Of a DNA stretch of 64,000 bases, positions 62,637 through 64,000 are shown piece by piece. The notes below the pieces were generated by a model. It searched no databases, had not been told where the DNA came from, and worked only from the letters and a program-made list of their open reading frames with translations. The DNA comes from an uncultured Planctomycetales bacterium (GTDB lineage: Bacteria > Omnitrophota > Gorgyraeia > Aquiviventales > Aquiviventaceae). Each line of letters opens with the position of its first letter. The first letter of the stretch is position 1. A program made the position numbers and the translations under genes. The DNA lies in the NCBI GenBank assembly GCA_964624155.1, contig CAZUWM010000002.1, positions 5,159-69,158 of the forward strand, written 5' to 3'.

Positions 62637-62783
62637 GGTTCGACTCCGCTCACCATGACCCTGAGCAAACGAAGTGCGTCGAATGGGTCATCCCCCCACC
62701 TGTCTGTTGATCGCCATGCGAAAACTTTCTTTCAGACTATTGTTGAGGACTTTTAGAAGATTGTCAAGCAACGACTTACAACA

Positions 62784-62878
62784 TCACAGATGGCACAGAG
62801 ACTCCACAGATGGCACAGATACATTCCCTCTGTGGTTCTCTGTGTTCTCTGTGGTGTGTATCTGTGCTATCTGTGGTT
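62784..62878. repeat. Palindromic array: CACAGAT x4 / TCTGTG x5
   Basis: Between glycoside hydrolase stop and ROK regulator start. Confidence 0.85.
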
Positions 62879-63997
62879 CCAGAGGCTGTGGTAGAGGCGA
62901 TAGGCCTTGCGCAGTTGACGCAGGTAGGGACTGTGGCTTCCATCTCCTTGGCTGGTGAGGCCGAACCACTCCTCATAATTCTTCCCGCCGGGAAACGGCC
63001 CAGACCAGTTGGGCGTGGTGTCATGAACCAACGGAGAAAATCGGGGCGGCTGGCCGGCTTTCCACCATTCATCCACCCACGTAAAGACGACCCCGCCTAG
63101 GGCATTGCCCGTTCCACGACCGGCCATGTGACTTTCAAGATCCACCCAGTTCCCCAAATGATACAGCGCCTGTCCCAGCTCGCCGACCTCCTGAGGCTGT
63201 CGGGCTTGATACGCGGGACACCCAAACTCCGTGATGACCACCGGCTTGTCCAGAGAGTCTCGGACGGCCTCGAAGAAACTCCGGCCAAAGCCGTGCCACC
63301 CTCGGTAGACGTTCGCCCCAAACACATCAATCGCCGGCGCGTGCTGGGCGATGAGATCCAGATACAACCACTCCCCGTTAGCGATCGCCACCGGATGGGT
63401 GGGGTCCTCCCGATGAATCCACATCACCAGCTCGTTGATGAACTGGTAGTATTCCTTAGGATACTTGGCGGCATTCCCCACCCCACCGACCACGCCGTGC
63501 TGACCGCCGTAATTGTTTTCATTCCCGAGCACCCACATCAGAATGTACGGTTCCTCTTTAAACGCCCGGATCATCTCCTTGACGCTCTGGACCATGCGTG
63601 TGCGCTGCGTCTTGTCCAGATAATCGGTCCCTTCTTCCCACTTGGCTCCTGACCCCACCGTATACATGCCGACCAAATCACCCATGAGGACCATGATGCC
63701 GTGCTGCTCATAGAGCTGCCGCAGGAGGGCTTTGTTCGAGGCATGATGATACAGTCGAACGGTGTTCACCCCCATCTCGCGCATGAGGTGAAAGTCGCCG
63801 ACCGTCGGCTCTTCCGGATCCTGTCGGTTGTTGCGATTCGCATCCACAAAGGCATCAAAGGGGCCGTCGGGTTTGTCGTTCTGGTTGCGATCCGCCATCA
63901 TCCAATCCTTCAAGGTGCCTTCATCCGGCGATTCGCCGACCGCGCTGGGTTGATAGGACATGCCCTGAATCACCCACGGCCGGTCATCCACGAACAA
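62867..63997 (-). CDS. Clan GH-A TIM-barrel glycoside hydrolase (GH5/GH2-like), N-terminus beyond window edge
   Basis: Acid/base LGNENN and nucleophile VVITEFG motifs at the expected spacing; ORF open to the window end. Confidence 0.6.
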   Translation of the reverse strand: MFVDDRPWVIQGMSYQPSAVGESPDEGTLKDWMMADRNQNDKPDGPFDAFVDANRNNRQDPEEPTVGDFHLMREMGVNTVRLYHHASNKALLRQLYEQHGIMVLMGDLVGMYTVGSGAKWEEGTDYLDKTQRTRMVQSVKEMIRAFKEEPYILMWVLGNENNYGGQHGVVGGVGNAAKYPKEYYQFINELVMWIHREDPTHPVAIANGEWLYLDLIAQHAPAIDVFGANVYRGWHGFGRSFFEAVRDSLDKPVVITEFGCPAYQARQPQEVGELGQALYHLGNWVDLESHMAGRGTGNALGGVVFTWVDEWWKAGQPPRFSPLVHDTTPNWSGPFPGGKNYEEWFGLTSQGDGSHSPYLRQLRKAYRLYHSLWNHR

Positions 63998-64000
63998 CTG

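Overview
High-GC (~60%) bacterial chromosomal segment. Nearly every gene is on the minus strand; only cinA is on plus. I could not place the lineage.

Housekeeping genes flank two type IV filament (type IV pilus / type II secretion-like) loci. They include htrA/degP, recA, cinA, a truncated PIN toxin gene, thpR, pgpA, pgsA, rimO, rodZ-like, ftsK, pnp, rpsO, RNase P RNA, rnhA, a COG1579 Zn-ribbon gene, tRNA-Val, tRNA-Met, rpoD, dnaG, cvpA, rodA-mrdA-mreD-mreC-mreB, aroA and bioD-bioF.

Locus 1 (19.2-34.1 kb) is a type IVa pilus system: pilMNOPQ, four pilin genes, pilC, pilB, a second GspE/PilB-like ATPase, a standalone MshEN-type domain protein, pilT and a HAMP-GAF-degenerate GGDEF protein.

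Locus 2 (46.5-62.6 kb) is one minus-strand operon headed by a ROK regulator. It encodes a coiled-coil protein, GspF, GspI-, GspJ- and a ~1040-aa GspK-like pseudopilin, an Ig-like secreted protein, a GspL-like PilM-PilN fusion, GspM/PilO-like and GspC/PilP-like proteins, and two tandem secretins. It has no ATPase, major pseudopilin or prepilin peptidase of its own. A LacI regulator and a clan GH-A glycoside hydrolase flank it.

A family of heptamer-based inverted repeat arrays (cores CACAGAT, GGAAGNN, CCATAGT, GGAATGG) sits at about 18 gene junctions. These arrays are translated into the termini, leader peptides and signal peptides of several pilus/secretion proteins. This is the most unusual feature of the window.
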